Source of the DNA: Dehalococcoidia bacterium
Lineage (GTDB): Bacteria > Chloroflexota > Dehalococcoidia > DSTF01 > JACRBR01
Assembly (NCBI GenBank): GCA_038227375.1
Contig: JBBRPY010000007.1
Span: forward strand, 6,681-70,680
Length of the DNA stretch: 64,000 bases
Direction: 5' to 3'
A program made the position numbers and the translations under genes. The notes beneath the pieces were generated by a model. That model was not told where the DNA came from. It ran no database searches and saw only the letters and a list, made by a program, of their open reading frames with translations. Each line of letters begins with the position of its first letter. The first letter of the stretch is position 1. Below are positions 1 to 8,618 of the stretch, piece by piece.

Positions 1-953
1 GCGATCACGAACATCGGGTCAGACCAGCGTGCAAGCAGCATCAGACAGACGCCCGTCACCGCGAACCCCGGGACCATCACCCGCTTCGCGCCGATGCGGT
101 CGGCGATCGCGCCGCCCGGAATGACGGCGCAGGCGCCAAGCACGGCGGCGGGGATGAGCAGCGCATTCTGATGGGTCAGCGACGCATGCAGGACATCGCG
201 GCCGTAGGCGCGGTAGGCAGCGGTCAGCGCGCCCAGCGAGGCGGCCTCCGTCAGCACGATTGCGGCGAACATCGCCCGTTGTGGATGCCGGAGGAGTGCG
301 CGGAATTCGCCGGGAACCGGCAGTTGCCGCCGCATCGCCGATTCGTGCGGAGGCGTGCGCAGGCTGATGGCGATAGCGAGCACGAGCGCGAGGCTGATGG
401 CGCCAATCGGGGCAATCATCGCGAGATTGAAGGACAACAGCGTGTAGACAGCGTTCCCTCCGCCAAGAGCCACGAGCAGCGCGCCACCGGAAGCCAGCGT
501 GAGCAGGGCCGTGAACCGCCCTTTCGAACCCGCCGCAAACCGTGCGTCGCCGGAGGCGTAGACCGCCGGCCAGGTGACCGAGGAGCCCAACCCCTCGACC
601 GCCGCCGCCAGGACGATCAGCGGCGGCGCAACGTGCGCCAGCGGCAGCATCGACACGTCGGCTATCAGCAGCAGGACGATGCCACCGATCAAGGCGCGGC
701 GGGCGCCGAGCCGGTCGCTGATGAAGCCGCTCCCAAGCTGCGTCAGCAGCTTTGCGCCGCCGAACGCGGCGAGCGCGTAGCCGGCGATGGCGTCGCTGCG
801 ATGCAGCGACTCCGGAAGGTAGGTCTGTAGCGCGACGAGGAAGACGAAGAGAAACGCGCTGTCAACAAGAAATGCGATCGTGAGCAGCGGCCAGCCGCGC
901 CGTACGGTGTCCAGCGTCCCTGCCGCAGCGTCACGGATCGATCGGATGCTCAT
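1..953 (-). CDS. MFS transporter (3' part outside window)
   Basis: Manual minus-strand translation from ATG 953 (MSIRSIRDAAAGTLDTVRRGWPLLTIAFLVDSAFLFVFLVALQTYLP...) gives successive hydrophobic helices and an MFS motif-A-like GAIADRIGAKR near the window edge; ATG overlaps the upstream TGA (ATGA). Confidence 0.8.
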   Translation of the reverse strand, partial: MSIRSIRDAAAGTLDTVRRGWPLLTIAFLVDSAFLFVFLVALQTYLPESLHRSDAIAGYALAAFGGAKLLTQLGSGFISDRLGARRALIGGIVLLLIADVSMLPLAHVAPPLIVLAAAVEGLGSSVTWPAVYASGDARFAAGSKGRFTALLTLASGGALLVALGGGNAVYTLLSFNLAMIAPIGAISLALVLAIAISLRTPPHESAMRRQLPVPGEFRALLRHPQRAMFAAIVLTEAASLGALTAAYRAYGRDVLHASLTHQNALLIPAAVLGACAVIPGGAIADRIGAKRVMVPGFAVTGVCLMLLARWSDPMFVI

Positions 954-3055
954 GATCGCCCGCACGCTTTCGCTGAAGCCGGCCTGGGGCCGCTGTCCCG
1001 GAACGACGTCACGTCGTACACGCGGATGCGCTGGGCATCGGCGCCGTAGGTGAGCCGGGCCGATCCGCGCGCGACGAGATCGTCCAGCATCGGCTGCTCA
1101 TTCGTGCGGAATTCGTTCTGGTAGCCACGTTCGACGACGACGCGGTCGACGTGCTTCGCCGCCAGATAGCACTGATAGCTGCTCTCGCTCCAGTTGCCGC
1201 GGCGCTGGCTCTCGCTGAAGAGCTCGTTGGCAAGCACGGCGTGCTTCCGCATGAGGAAGTAGGCGCCCTGCTCGCGCTCATTCGGGCTGAGGACGCGATA
1301 GACGGCGCCCGCATGAAAGTCGCCAGACTGGAGATAGCCGCGATAGTTGTTCGGTGCGCTGTAGACGATGCCCGCGTAGCTCCCCTGCCTCGCGAAGGAA
1401 TAATCCTCGACGACGGGCACGCTCGCGAGCGCGCCACCGCTGAGCAGCACCGCCGGCACGGCGACGCCGGCGAATGCGGCGCCGAGCGGCCGGTAGTGCC
1501 GGCGAAGCAGCGGCGCCAGTGATGTGAGCGCAAAGGGCGCCGCAAGGACTGTGCCGCGACGGGGCAGATCTTGCAAGATGGAGAGGGCGACCGTGCGCCA
1601 GGAGTTCTCGGCGAGCGCCGGCGTCCGTAGTGAGAAGTAGAGCGAGGGCGCGAGCAGCGGCGCGACCACGGCGGCCGCGAGCACTATCGGCGTCCGCTTC
1701 TCGGGGCTGCGGACGGCGACCCAGGCGACGTACGCCCCGACGGCCAGCCCTCCCTCGATCGGATGTGTGGATGCGGTGAACCACATCGCTGCGCCGGCTA
1801 ACGCCCAGCTGCGGCGCTCGACGGACCAGACGAGCGCGAAAAACCCCGCCGCCGACCAGAGGAAGGAGTACTGCCCGCTCGCCAGCGCATCGATAAAGAA
1901 TGGGTTGGCGATGAACAGCAGCATCAGCCAGGGGTCCCGCATCGAGGGGCGCACGATCATCGCCGCGGCGGCGACGGCGACGGCGGCCAGCACCAGGAAG
2001 AGGGTGACGGACCAGTCCCCGAACAGCGGGTAGACGAGCGCATTCAGCGTCCACGGGACGGCGCCGTACGGGAAGGTGAATGCCCGGCCGCCGTCAAGCT
2101 CGGCGAACCGCAGCGGAATATGACCGCCACTAAAGAGCCGGTCGCTGATGTACCAGACATGGGCGTAGTTATTCACCGTGTCATCGCCGAGGAATATGGG
2201 GCGGGTGAGAATGCGCAGCACGCCTAGCAGCGCCGCCGCGAAGAACAGCGGCAGCATCCAATACGCGAACCACGTCGGCACACCAGAGGGCAAGTGCCGG
2301 GCCGCCATGACGCGCCACCAGGCGCAGGGCATGGCGACGAGGTCAATCGCCACATCCTTCAGTCGCGTACGCGAGCGGAACACGGGGATGTCAACCAGCG
2401 TCGTGTCATGCACACGGTAGCCGAGGATCGGCAGGATCACCGCGATCTCGACAGTCTCGCTGTACTTGTATCCCTTGTAGTAGCGCAGCGCATCGAGCAA
2501 CGGCCCGACACGAAACGCGCGGTAGCCCGACTCGACATCGTGATAACGGCGACCCGACCAGACCGAAGCCCAGGCGGACATCACCCAGTTGCCCATGCGC
2601 TTGTAGAGCGGGTACAGCCGGAAATCCCGGCGTGCGATGACGGCGTCGAATCCTTCCTCGATGGGCCGGAGCAGCAGATCCATGCTCGCCGGATCGTGCT
2701 GTCCGTCGGCGTCGACCGTCAGCACAACATCGTCCTGGTCGAGCTGGCCCAGCGCGACCATGCGGCCCAGGTGAAGAAACGCTTCGTAGTACGCGGCCGA
2801 CATGCCGCGATTCTTGTTGAAGGAGATCAGTTGCGCGTGGGGCTTGTCGGCGAGCCACGTGAACACCGCATGCCGCGTGCCGTCTTCCGAACCATCATCG
2901 ACGATGAGGAGGCGGTCGACAAGCGGATAGAGATGTTCGAGCACGCCGACGATCGTCGACTCCTCGTTGAACGCGGGCATGACCGCAACCAGCCGAGGCC
3001 GCGTCTTGGGGGCCGGCGCCTGCGTCGCGATGATGCGCTCCGGTGCTTCGATCAT
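950..3055 (-). CDS. GT2 polyprenol-phosphate glycosyltransferase fused to a polytopic GT-C-like membrane domain
   Basis: N-terminal VMPAFNEE, IVDDGSED, DADGQH and DVESGYRAF (DPM1/ArnC-like), then multiple TM helices with a GDDTVNNYAHVWY loop; ATG 3055 overlaps the epimerase stop. Confidence 0.85.
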   Translation of the reverse strand: MIEAPERIIATQAPAPKTRPRLVAVMPAFNEESTIVGVLEHLYPLVDRLLIVDDGSEDGTRHAVFTWLADKPHAQLISFNKNRGMSAAYYEAFLHLGRMVALGQLDQDDVVLTVDADGQHDPASMDLLLRPIEEGFDAVIARRDFRLYPLYKRMGNWVMSAWASVWSGRRYHDVESGYRAFRVGPLLDALRYYKGYKYSETVEIAVILPILGYRVHDTTLVDIPVFRSRTRLKDVAIDLVAMPCAWWRVMAARHLPSGVPTWFAYWMLPLFFAAALLGVLRILTRPIFLGDDTVNNYAHVWYISDRLFSGGHIPLRFAELDGGRAFTFPYGAVPWTLNALVYPLFGDWSVTLFLVLAAVAVAAAAMIVRPSMRDPWLMLLFIANPFFIDALASGQYSFLWSAAGFFALVWSVERRSWALAGAAMWFTASTHPIEGGLAVGAYVAWVAVRSPEKRTPIVLAAAVVAPLLAPSLYFSLRTPALAENSWRTVALSILQDLPRRGTVLAAPFALTSLAPLLRRHYRPLGAAFAGVAVPAVLLSGGALASVPVVEDYSFARQGSYAGIVYSAPNNYRGYLQSGDFHAGAVYRVLSPNEREQGAYFLMRKHAVLANELFSESQRRGNWSESSYQCYLAAKHVDRVVVERGYQNEFRTNEQPMLDDLVARGSARLTYGADAQRIRVYDVTSFRDSGPRPASAKACGRS

Positions 3056-3978
3056 GCGCTGTTCAGCACTGCCTGCTGCTGTGTCTCGCGGAACCAGGCG
3101 ACCGTGCGCTCCATACCGCGCGCGAAGCTGACCTTCGGCGTCCAACCGATCTCGCGCGCCGCCTTCGTGGACGAGACCTGCTTGCCGCCGTAGTCGCCCG
3201 CCCGGGCGGGCACGAATTCGATGCCCTTACCCCCGAGTAGCTTATGCACGGTCTCAGCGATCCGGAGGATAGTCACTTCCTCCGAGCCATCGATGTTGTA
3301 GGTCTGGTTCTCGGCCTCTGGAGCGAGTGCGAGCACGTGCGCGTCGGCGAGGTCTTCCACGTAGACGAACTTGCGGTTCTGGCTGCCGTCGCCGGCGACG
3401 GTCATTGGTTCGCCCGACACCGCCTTGCGCATGAAGATCGGGATCACCAGCGAGGGGCGCATGCGCGGCCCGTAGGGGATGCCATAGCGCAGCACGGTGA
3501 ACGGCACGTTGTAGAGCGTCTGGTAGTCGTGGCAGAGCATCTCCGCCGCGATCTTGGACGTGGTGTAGACGTGTCCGGTCAACGCCGGATCGAAGCACGA
3601 TGTCTCATCCACGCGCTGCTCGCGCGCCGCGCCATACACCCAGACTGTGCTCGCAAGCACGACGCGGCGGAGGTGATTGCGCCTGGCCGACTCCAGCACG
3701 TTTGCCGTGCCGAGCACGTTGAGCGCGACGGCGCCCGTCGGGTCAGCGGCGACGTTGTTGACATCGGCGAATGCCGCCAGGTGAAAGATCACGTCGATAC
3801 CGCGCGTCGCGTCGTCGAGCGCCTCTTGGTCCATGATGTCCACGCGCACGTGTTCGACATCGTTTCGGTGCGGTGTGCCGAGGTTGTCGAGCACGCGCAC
3901 TTCCAATTGCTGATCGCGAAGTTTGTCGACGACGTGCGAGCCGATAAACCCGCAGCCGCCGGTCACTGCTACCCTCAT
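3052..3978 (-). CDS. NAD-dependent epimerase/dehydratase (extended SDR)
   Basis: GGCGFIG Rossmann motif, HLAA, YTTSK (YxxxK), YGPR. Confidence 0.92.
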   Translation of the reverse strand: MRVAVTGGCGFIGSHVVDKLRDQQLEVRVLDNLGTPHRNDVEHVRVDIMDQEALDDATRGIDVIFHLAAFADVNNVAADPTGAVALNVLGTANVLESARRNHLRRVVLASTVWVYGAAREQRVDETSCFDPALTGHVYTTSKIAAEMLCHDYQTLYNVPFTVLRYGIPYGPRMRPSLVIPIFMRKAVSGEPMTVAGDGSQNRKFVYVEDLADAHVLALAPEAENQTYNIDGSEEVTILRIAETVHKLLGGKGIEFVPARAGDYGGKQVSSTKAAREIGWTPKVSFARGMERTVAWFRETQQQAVLNSA

Positions 3979-5111
3979 GAAGCCTCCACCGCCACCCGCT
4001 CATCCGCCAGCACCGCCGCCAGCGACTCCACGACGTACTCCGCGTCACCGTCCGACATCACTGCCGACACCGGCAGGCAGATGTGCCGGGCACACAGTTC
4101 CTCGGCGACCGGGAGCGTGCCCTGCGCCAGCGGACCGAAGACCGGCTGCAGGTGGCACGGCGCCTCGTACACCTCGCCGCTGAGGCCGATGTCGTACCCC
4201 TCACGCAGCTTCTTCTTCAGCGCGGCGCGGTCCACGCCGGCCGGCGCCATGGCGATGTATTTGTAGTAGTTGCTGATAGCGCCGACCGGCTCCCGCAGCG
4301 GCTCGATGCCGAGTGCCGGTAATGCGCGATCGTAGATGGCGGCGATGCGGCGGCGAGCAGCGATGAACTCCGGCAGCCGCCGAAGCTGCGAGTGGCCAAT
4401 CACCGCGTGTGGTTCACTGAGCCGCCAGTTGTTGCCCAGCAGCGTATGAAAATTCGACGTGAAGCCGGCCTTGCCCTGATCGCGGTAGACGCGCGCTTCG
4501 GCGTCGATGTTGTCATCGCTCGTCGCAATCATCCCGCCTTCGCCGGCTGTGATGACCTTCGTGGGGTAGAACGAGAAGGCGGCGGCAAGGCCGAAGCTGC
4601 CCGCAGGCTTGCCCTCGAAGCTGCTGCCGTGCGCGTGCGCCGCGTCCTCGATCAGCGGAATGCCGGCGTTAGCACACATCGACTGGAGCTCGCCGATCCG
4701 CGGCGTGATCAGGCCGCCGATGTGGACGGCGACGACCGCTCGCGTATTCGGCCCGATCAGCGAGCGGGCGTGGTCGACGTCGATGCCGTATGTCGCCGGA
4801 TCGCATTCCGCGAAGCGGACGGCGCCGCCCGCGTGCATCACCGCCGCCGGCGTCGCGAAGAACGTGTTCGTCGGCACAATCACCTCGCCACCCTCGACGC
4901 CGATGGCGCGGAAGATGACCTCCAGCGCGCTGGTGCCGCTGCTGGTGGCGATGGCGTGCTTCGCGCCGGCCGTCTCGGCGAAGGCCGCTTCGAACGCCGC
5001 GCCGTGCTTGCCGAGCGTCAGCTGGCCCGTGGCGAGGCACTCATCGATGGCGGCCAGTATCTCGCGGCGGTCCTCCTCGGGGATGTGAATCTTGGCTGGG
5101 GGAACCCGCAT
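3975..5111 (-). CDS. DegT/DnrJ/EryC1/StrS PLP-dependent sugar aminotransferase
   Basis: SSGTSAL, IEDAAHAHG, FSFYPTKVITAGEGG (PLP lysine). Start ATG 5111 or GTG 5117. Confidence 0.93.
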   Translation of the reverse strand: MRVPPAKIHIPEEDRREILAAIDECLATGQLTLGKHGAAFEAAFAETAGAKHAIATSSGTSALEVIFRAIGVEGGEVIVPTNTFFATPAAVMHAGGAVRFAECDPATYGIDVDHARSLIGPNTRAVVAVHIGGLITPRIGELQSMCANAGIPLIEDAAHAHGSSFEGKPAGSFGLAAAFSFYPTKVITAGEGGMIATSDDNIDAEARVYRDQGKAGFTSNFHTLLGNNWRLSEPHAVIGHSQLRRLPEFIAARRRIAAIYDRALPALGIEPLREPVGAISNYYKYIAMAPAGVDRAALKKKLREGYDIGLSGEVYEAPCHLQPVFGPLAQGTLPVAEELCARHICLPVSAVMSDGDAEYVVESLAAVLADERVAVEAS

Positions 5112-5145
5112 GTACACCTCTCTGCGAGGATGGTCGCAGAGATTG

Positions 5146-5172
5146 ATGAAGATTTTGTTAATTCAGGCTGAA
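5146..5172 (-). promoter_or_regulatory. Putative OmpR-family binding site (three direct repeats at 11-bp period)
   Basis: Minus strand TTCAG-cctgaa-TTAAC-aaaatc-TTCAT in an AT-rich gap just upstream of the aminotransferase operon and next to an OmpR/HK pair. Confidence 0.55.
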
Positions 5173-5178
5173 GAACGC

Positions 5179-6567
5179 CTATGAGTTGACCGTGGAAAGC
5201 GGCAGCTCCACCGTCACGCTCGTGCCGGCATCGGATGACGTAAGCGCCACGCCGCCGCCGTGCGCTTCCGCGATGTGCCGTACGATCGCCAGCCCAAGGC
5301 CACTGCCGTCGCTGAACTGCCGTCGACCGCGGCTGCCGCGGAAGAAGCGCTCGAACGCGTGCCGGACCTCGTCTTCGCTCATCCCGGGGCCGATATCGTC
5401 GATCGATGCCTTCGCAAACCGGCCGTTGCGTCGCACGCTGATGCTAATGGGAGTGCCCGGATTTGCGTACCGCGCGGCGTTCTCGAGCAGATTCTCGAAT
5501 ACCTGCCGGACGCGCTGTTCGTCGGCGTCGATCCGCACCGGGCCGTCCACCGCGTCCAGCTTGATCTCGCGCGTAGGGAAGCGCTGCCGCCCGCGCTCGG
5601 CGACCGACGAGAGCAGGTGGTTGAGGTCCACCGGCTGCAACTGAAGGATCATCCGGGCGTCGACCTGGGAGAGCAGGAGCAGGTCCGCGAGGATGCGTGA
5701 CATCCGGCGCGATTCGGCGTCGGTTTCCTCGATCACCTGCTGCCGCTCGTCTTCCGGCAATGCTCCACTGGCGAGCACCTCGAGGTTCCCCCTCAGCACC
5801 GCCAGCGGCCTTCGCAACTCGTGCGACGAGTCGGCCAGAAACGCGCGATGGGCATCCAGCGTCGTCTCGACCTTTACGATTAACTCGTTCAGCGTGCGGA
5901 CGAGCTCGCCGACCTCGCCGTGCTGCTTCTCGCCCGAAATGCGCCGGGAGAAGTCGGCCGTCGCCTCGATCTCGGCGGCTGTCCTTGTCGCCTGCCGCAG
6001 CGGTCTCAGCGCGGGCGCCGCCACCAGGTAGGCCAGCACATTTGCGACGATGAGAAAGGCGACGCCGCCGCCGATCAGGATGATCCGAATGCGGTCAAGT
6101 GCGGCGTCTGTCGTGTGCAGCGAACGGGCGACGATCAGGAGTCCGGGCGCGCCCCCGTTCAGCGAGATGTCCTCATACAACACGCGCACGCGCTCGCCGT
6201 TGGCGCGGATCTGGTGCGTCTCGAAGCTCGGCGTGGCGGAGCTCGAGCGGCGGCTCGTACGCACCGGCAGCTGCGAGTTCAGGTTGTTCGAGCGGGCGAC
6301 GAGCGTGCCATCCGCCCTGAGGATCTCAACGTAGACGCCCGGGGAGGTGATCTCGTCGAGGGCGGATTGGTCCACGAGGGCGGAGCCGCCCGAATCGGAC
6401 GAGTTGGTGCTCTCAGACAGCACGCGCTCCGACCGCGTGCTCAGTGTGTCGTCGACCGATTCGTATAGCCGTTTCGACGTCTGCAAGTAGACGAGCACCC
6501 CGAATGAGGCGATCAGCACCGCGAAGAGGAGACTGTAGAGCAGCGTCAGGCGGATGCGGAGTGACAC
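5179..6567 (-). CDS. HAMP-domain sensor histidine kinase
   Basis: Two TMs, H-box SSHELRRPL, N-box ENLLENAARY, G1 DIGPG, G2 GSGLGLAI. Confidence 0.95.
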   Translation of the reverse strand: MSLRIRLTLLYSLLFAVLIASFGVLVYLQTSKRLYESVDDTLSTRSERVLSESTNSSDSGGSALVDQSALDEITSPGVYVEILRADGTLVARSNNLNSQLPVRTSRRSSSATPSFETHQIRANGERVRVLYEDISLNGGAPGLLIVARSLHTTDAALDRIRIILIGGGVAFLIVANVLAYLVAAPALRPLRQATRTAAEIEATADFSRRISGEKQHGEVGELVRTLNELIVKVETTLDAHRAFLADSSHELRRPLAVLRGNLEVLASGALPEDERQQVIEETDAESRRMSRILADLLLLSQVDARMILQLQPVDLNHLLSSVAERGRQRFPTREIKLDAVDGPVRIDADEQRVRQVFENLLENAARYANPGTPISISVRRNGRFAKASIDDIGPGMSEDEVRHAFERFFRGSRGRRQFSDGSGLGLAIVRHIAEAHGGGVALTSSDAGTSVTVELPLSTVNS

Positions 6568-7280
6568 TAGTTTTCTTGCAAGGTGTACCCGAAGGAGCGC
6601 ACCGTCTGGAGCAGCCGCGGACGGCCCTGAGCCTCGAGCTTTTCGCGCAGGTGGCCGACGTGTACGTCGAGGTAATTGGATTCGCCGCCCTCATATCCCC
6701 AGACGTTGACCATCACCGCCTCCCGCGCGAGCACCGCCTCCGGGTTGCGCAAGAAGTATTCGAGCAGCCGGTACTCCGTCGGCGTCAGCGAGAGCGCGTC
6801 GCCGGCGCGGGTCACGATATGGCGCCGCGTGTCGAGCACGACATCGGAATACGTCAGCCGCTCGTCGGGCGTCTCACGGTCGATGCGGCGGAGCAGGGCG
6901 CGCAGCCGGGCCGCCAGCTCCGCGATCTCGAAGGGCTTCGTGACATAGTCGTCCGCGCCCGACTCGAGTCCAAGGATGCGGTCGGGCACGGTGTCGCGCG
7001 CGGAGAGCATCAGGATCGGGATCGTCTGCGTCTGGCGCAGGCGACGGCAGAGTGAGACGCCGTCGAGGTCGGGCATCATCACGTCAAGCACGACGACGTC
7101 CGCGGCGCGCGTTTCCAGATACGCGAGGGCCTCCCGCGGGTCCGGGAACGTCGTCACGTCGAAGCCATGGAGGCGCAGGCCGCGCTTGATGACGCCGAGC
7201 AGCCGCTCATCATCGTCGACGATGACGGCGCGAATCGCGCGCGGCGGCGCTGCTGTGCCTGCGGCGTTGCTCGAAACCAC
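6567..7280 (-). CDS. OmpR-family response regulator (MprA-like)
   Basis: VDDD, LDVMMP, GADDYVTKPF and winged helix LTPTEYRLL...QTVRSFGY. Confidence 0.95.
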   Translation of the reverse strand: MVSSNAAGTAAPPRAIRAVIVDDDERLLGVIKRGLRLHGFDVTTFPDPREALAYLETRAADVVVLDVMMPDLDGVSLCRRLRQTQTIPILMLSARDTVPDRILGLESGADDYVTKPFEIAELAARLRALLRRIDRETPDERLTYSDVVLDTRRHIVTRAGDALSLTPTEYRLLEYFLRNPEAVLAREAVMVNVWGYEGGESNYLDVHVGHLREKLEAQGRPRLLQTVRSFGYTLQEN

Positions 7281-7349
7281 GTTCCGTGCCTCACTCCCGG
7301 TCTCGCACCATAATAGCCAACGCTTCTCGCAGCGGTCTGCTGGGTCAGT

Positions 7350-8618
7350 TCAGCACGATGGCAGATACCCGGGCACGCCGACCAGCTTGTCGAGCGTGAC
7401 CGGCGCCAGCCCGCGCGCCCGCAGCCCGTCGAGGATGATCGGCAGCGCCTCGAGAATGACGCCGCGGTCGGCGCCGATGTTCCCGTCGCTGCCGTCGTGC
7501 AGCAGGATGATCGACCCGGGCCGCACATGGTCCAGCACACGCTTCGCGACGAGCTGCGCGTCATCGGTGGCCCAATCGCCGGCCGACACGTCCCACGTCA
7601 CCATCCGCATGTCGTGGTCCGAGACGACGTGCGCCATGAAGGGCGTGTGACTGCCGTGCGGCGGCCGGTAAAGGGCAGGACACACGCCGAGATTTTTCTT
7701 GAAGGCGTCCTGCGTGTCTTGTAGTTCGGGATAACGGGGATCGAGCCAGCGCACGGCGTCGTGACGATACGAGTGATTCCCGAGCAACTGGCCGTCGTCA
7801 AGCAGCGCCTTCGCGACGTCGGGGCGCGCATCGAGGGCTTTCCCCACCGTGAAGAACGTCCCCTTCACGCCGTGGGCATCGAGCATGCTCGCAATCTCCA
7901 GCGTGAACGGCGGGTTGGGGCCGTCGTCGAAGGTGATCGCGACCTCGTTCCCGCTGCGAGGGCCGTGCGAAGTCAACGACCCGAACCAGCCGGCGCTCGG
8001 CGTCGTTGCGCCGATGTAGCCAGCGGTGCTCAGCGAGAGCAGTGCGGCGAAGAACACGACAGCCGCGTCTCCAATCTGTAATCGACCTAACCTGAGCGCA
8101 AATAGCGCGGGGGCCGCCACCACCAGCACGAACAAGGATCCAGCGATCATCGCCGCGTCTCGCCCGACGCCAAACCGAAGCCCAGCGAGCAGCGCGGCCC
8201 CGACGAGTGCGACCGCGATCGGACCCGACCGCCAACCGCTGACCGCTGCCGGCCGTGCGAGCGCGACGCCCAGCGCGAGCATAGGCGCGATGATCCAGCC
8301 GGCCACCGGATACGACGCCTGCGACAGCAGCCACGTCGCAGCACCGACGACGGCGACACCCGCCGCCAAAAGCAGCGGCGAGCGAGGAAGCCGTAGTCCG
8401 GCCATGAACGCGAACAGCGCGATCGCTGCCGCCACCGCGATCTGCAGCGCCGACGCGTGCGCAGGCGCGCCGGCGATCGCGAGCGACGGCAGCGCGAGCG
8501 CGCCTGATCCAACCGCACCGAGCAGCCCCAAGAAGGGTCCGCCGAAGAGGGCGCGCTCAACGTCCGCTGATGCCCGAGGACCGGCACTGCTATCCTCAGT
8601 CCGGTGTGTAGTAGCCAT
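7350..8618 (-). CDS. Polysaccharide deacetylase (CE4/NodB) with N-terminal multi-TM domain
   Basis: TFDDGP, NHSYRH, RPPHG and ILLHDG motifs after ~200 aa of hydrophobic helices; start uncertain. Confidence 0.85.
   Translation of the reverse strand: MATTHRTEDSSAGPRASADVERALFGGPFLGLLGAVGSGALALPSLAIAGAPAHASALQIAVAAAIALFAFMAGLRLPRSPLLLAAGVAVVGAATWLLSQASYPVAGWIIAPMLALGVALARPAAVSGWRSGPIAVALVGAALLAGLRFGVGRDAAMIAGSLFVLVVAAPALFALRLGRLQIGDAAVVFFAALLSLSTAGYIGATTPSAGWFGSLTSHGPRSGNEVAITFDDGPNPPFTLEIASMLDAHGVKGTFFTVGKALDARPDVAKALLDDGQLLGNHSYRHDAVRWLDPRYPELQDTQDAFKKNLGVCPALYRPPHGSHTPFMAHVVSDHDMRMVTWDVSAGDWATDDAQLVAKRVLDHVRPGSIILLHDGSDGNIGADRGVILEALPIILDGLRARGLAPVTLDKLVGVPGYLPSC

Noticed and set aside
171-830. 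219-aa plus-strand ORF and the many other long overlapping ORFs (e.g. 50815-52728, 45086-46453)
   Set aside because: Antisense or frame shadows of recognisable genes in high-GC DNA; Arg/Ala-rich with no motifs.
8026-8616. N-terminal ~200 aa of the 638-aa ORF
   Set aside because: Antisense to the deacetylase TM region; similarity to the paralogue begins only after ~8700.
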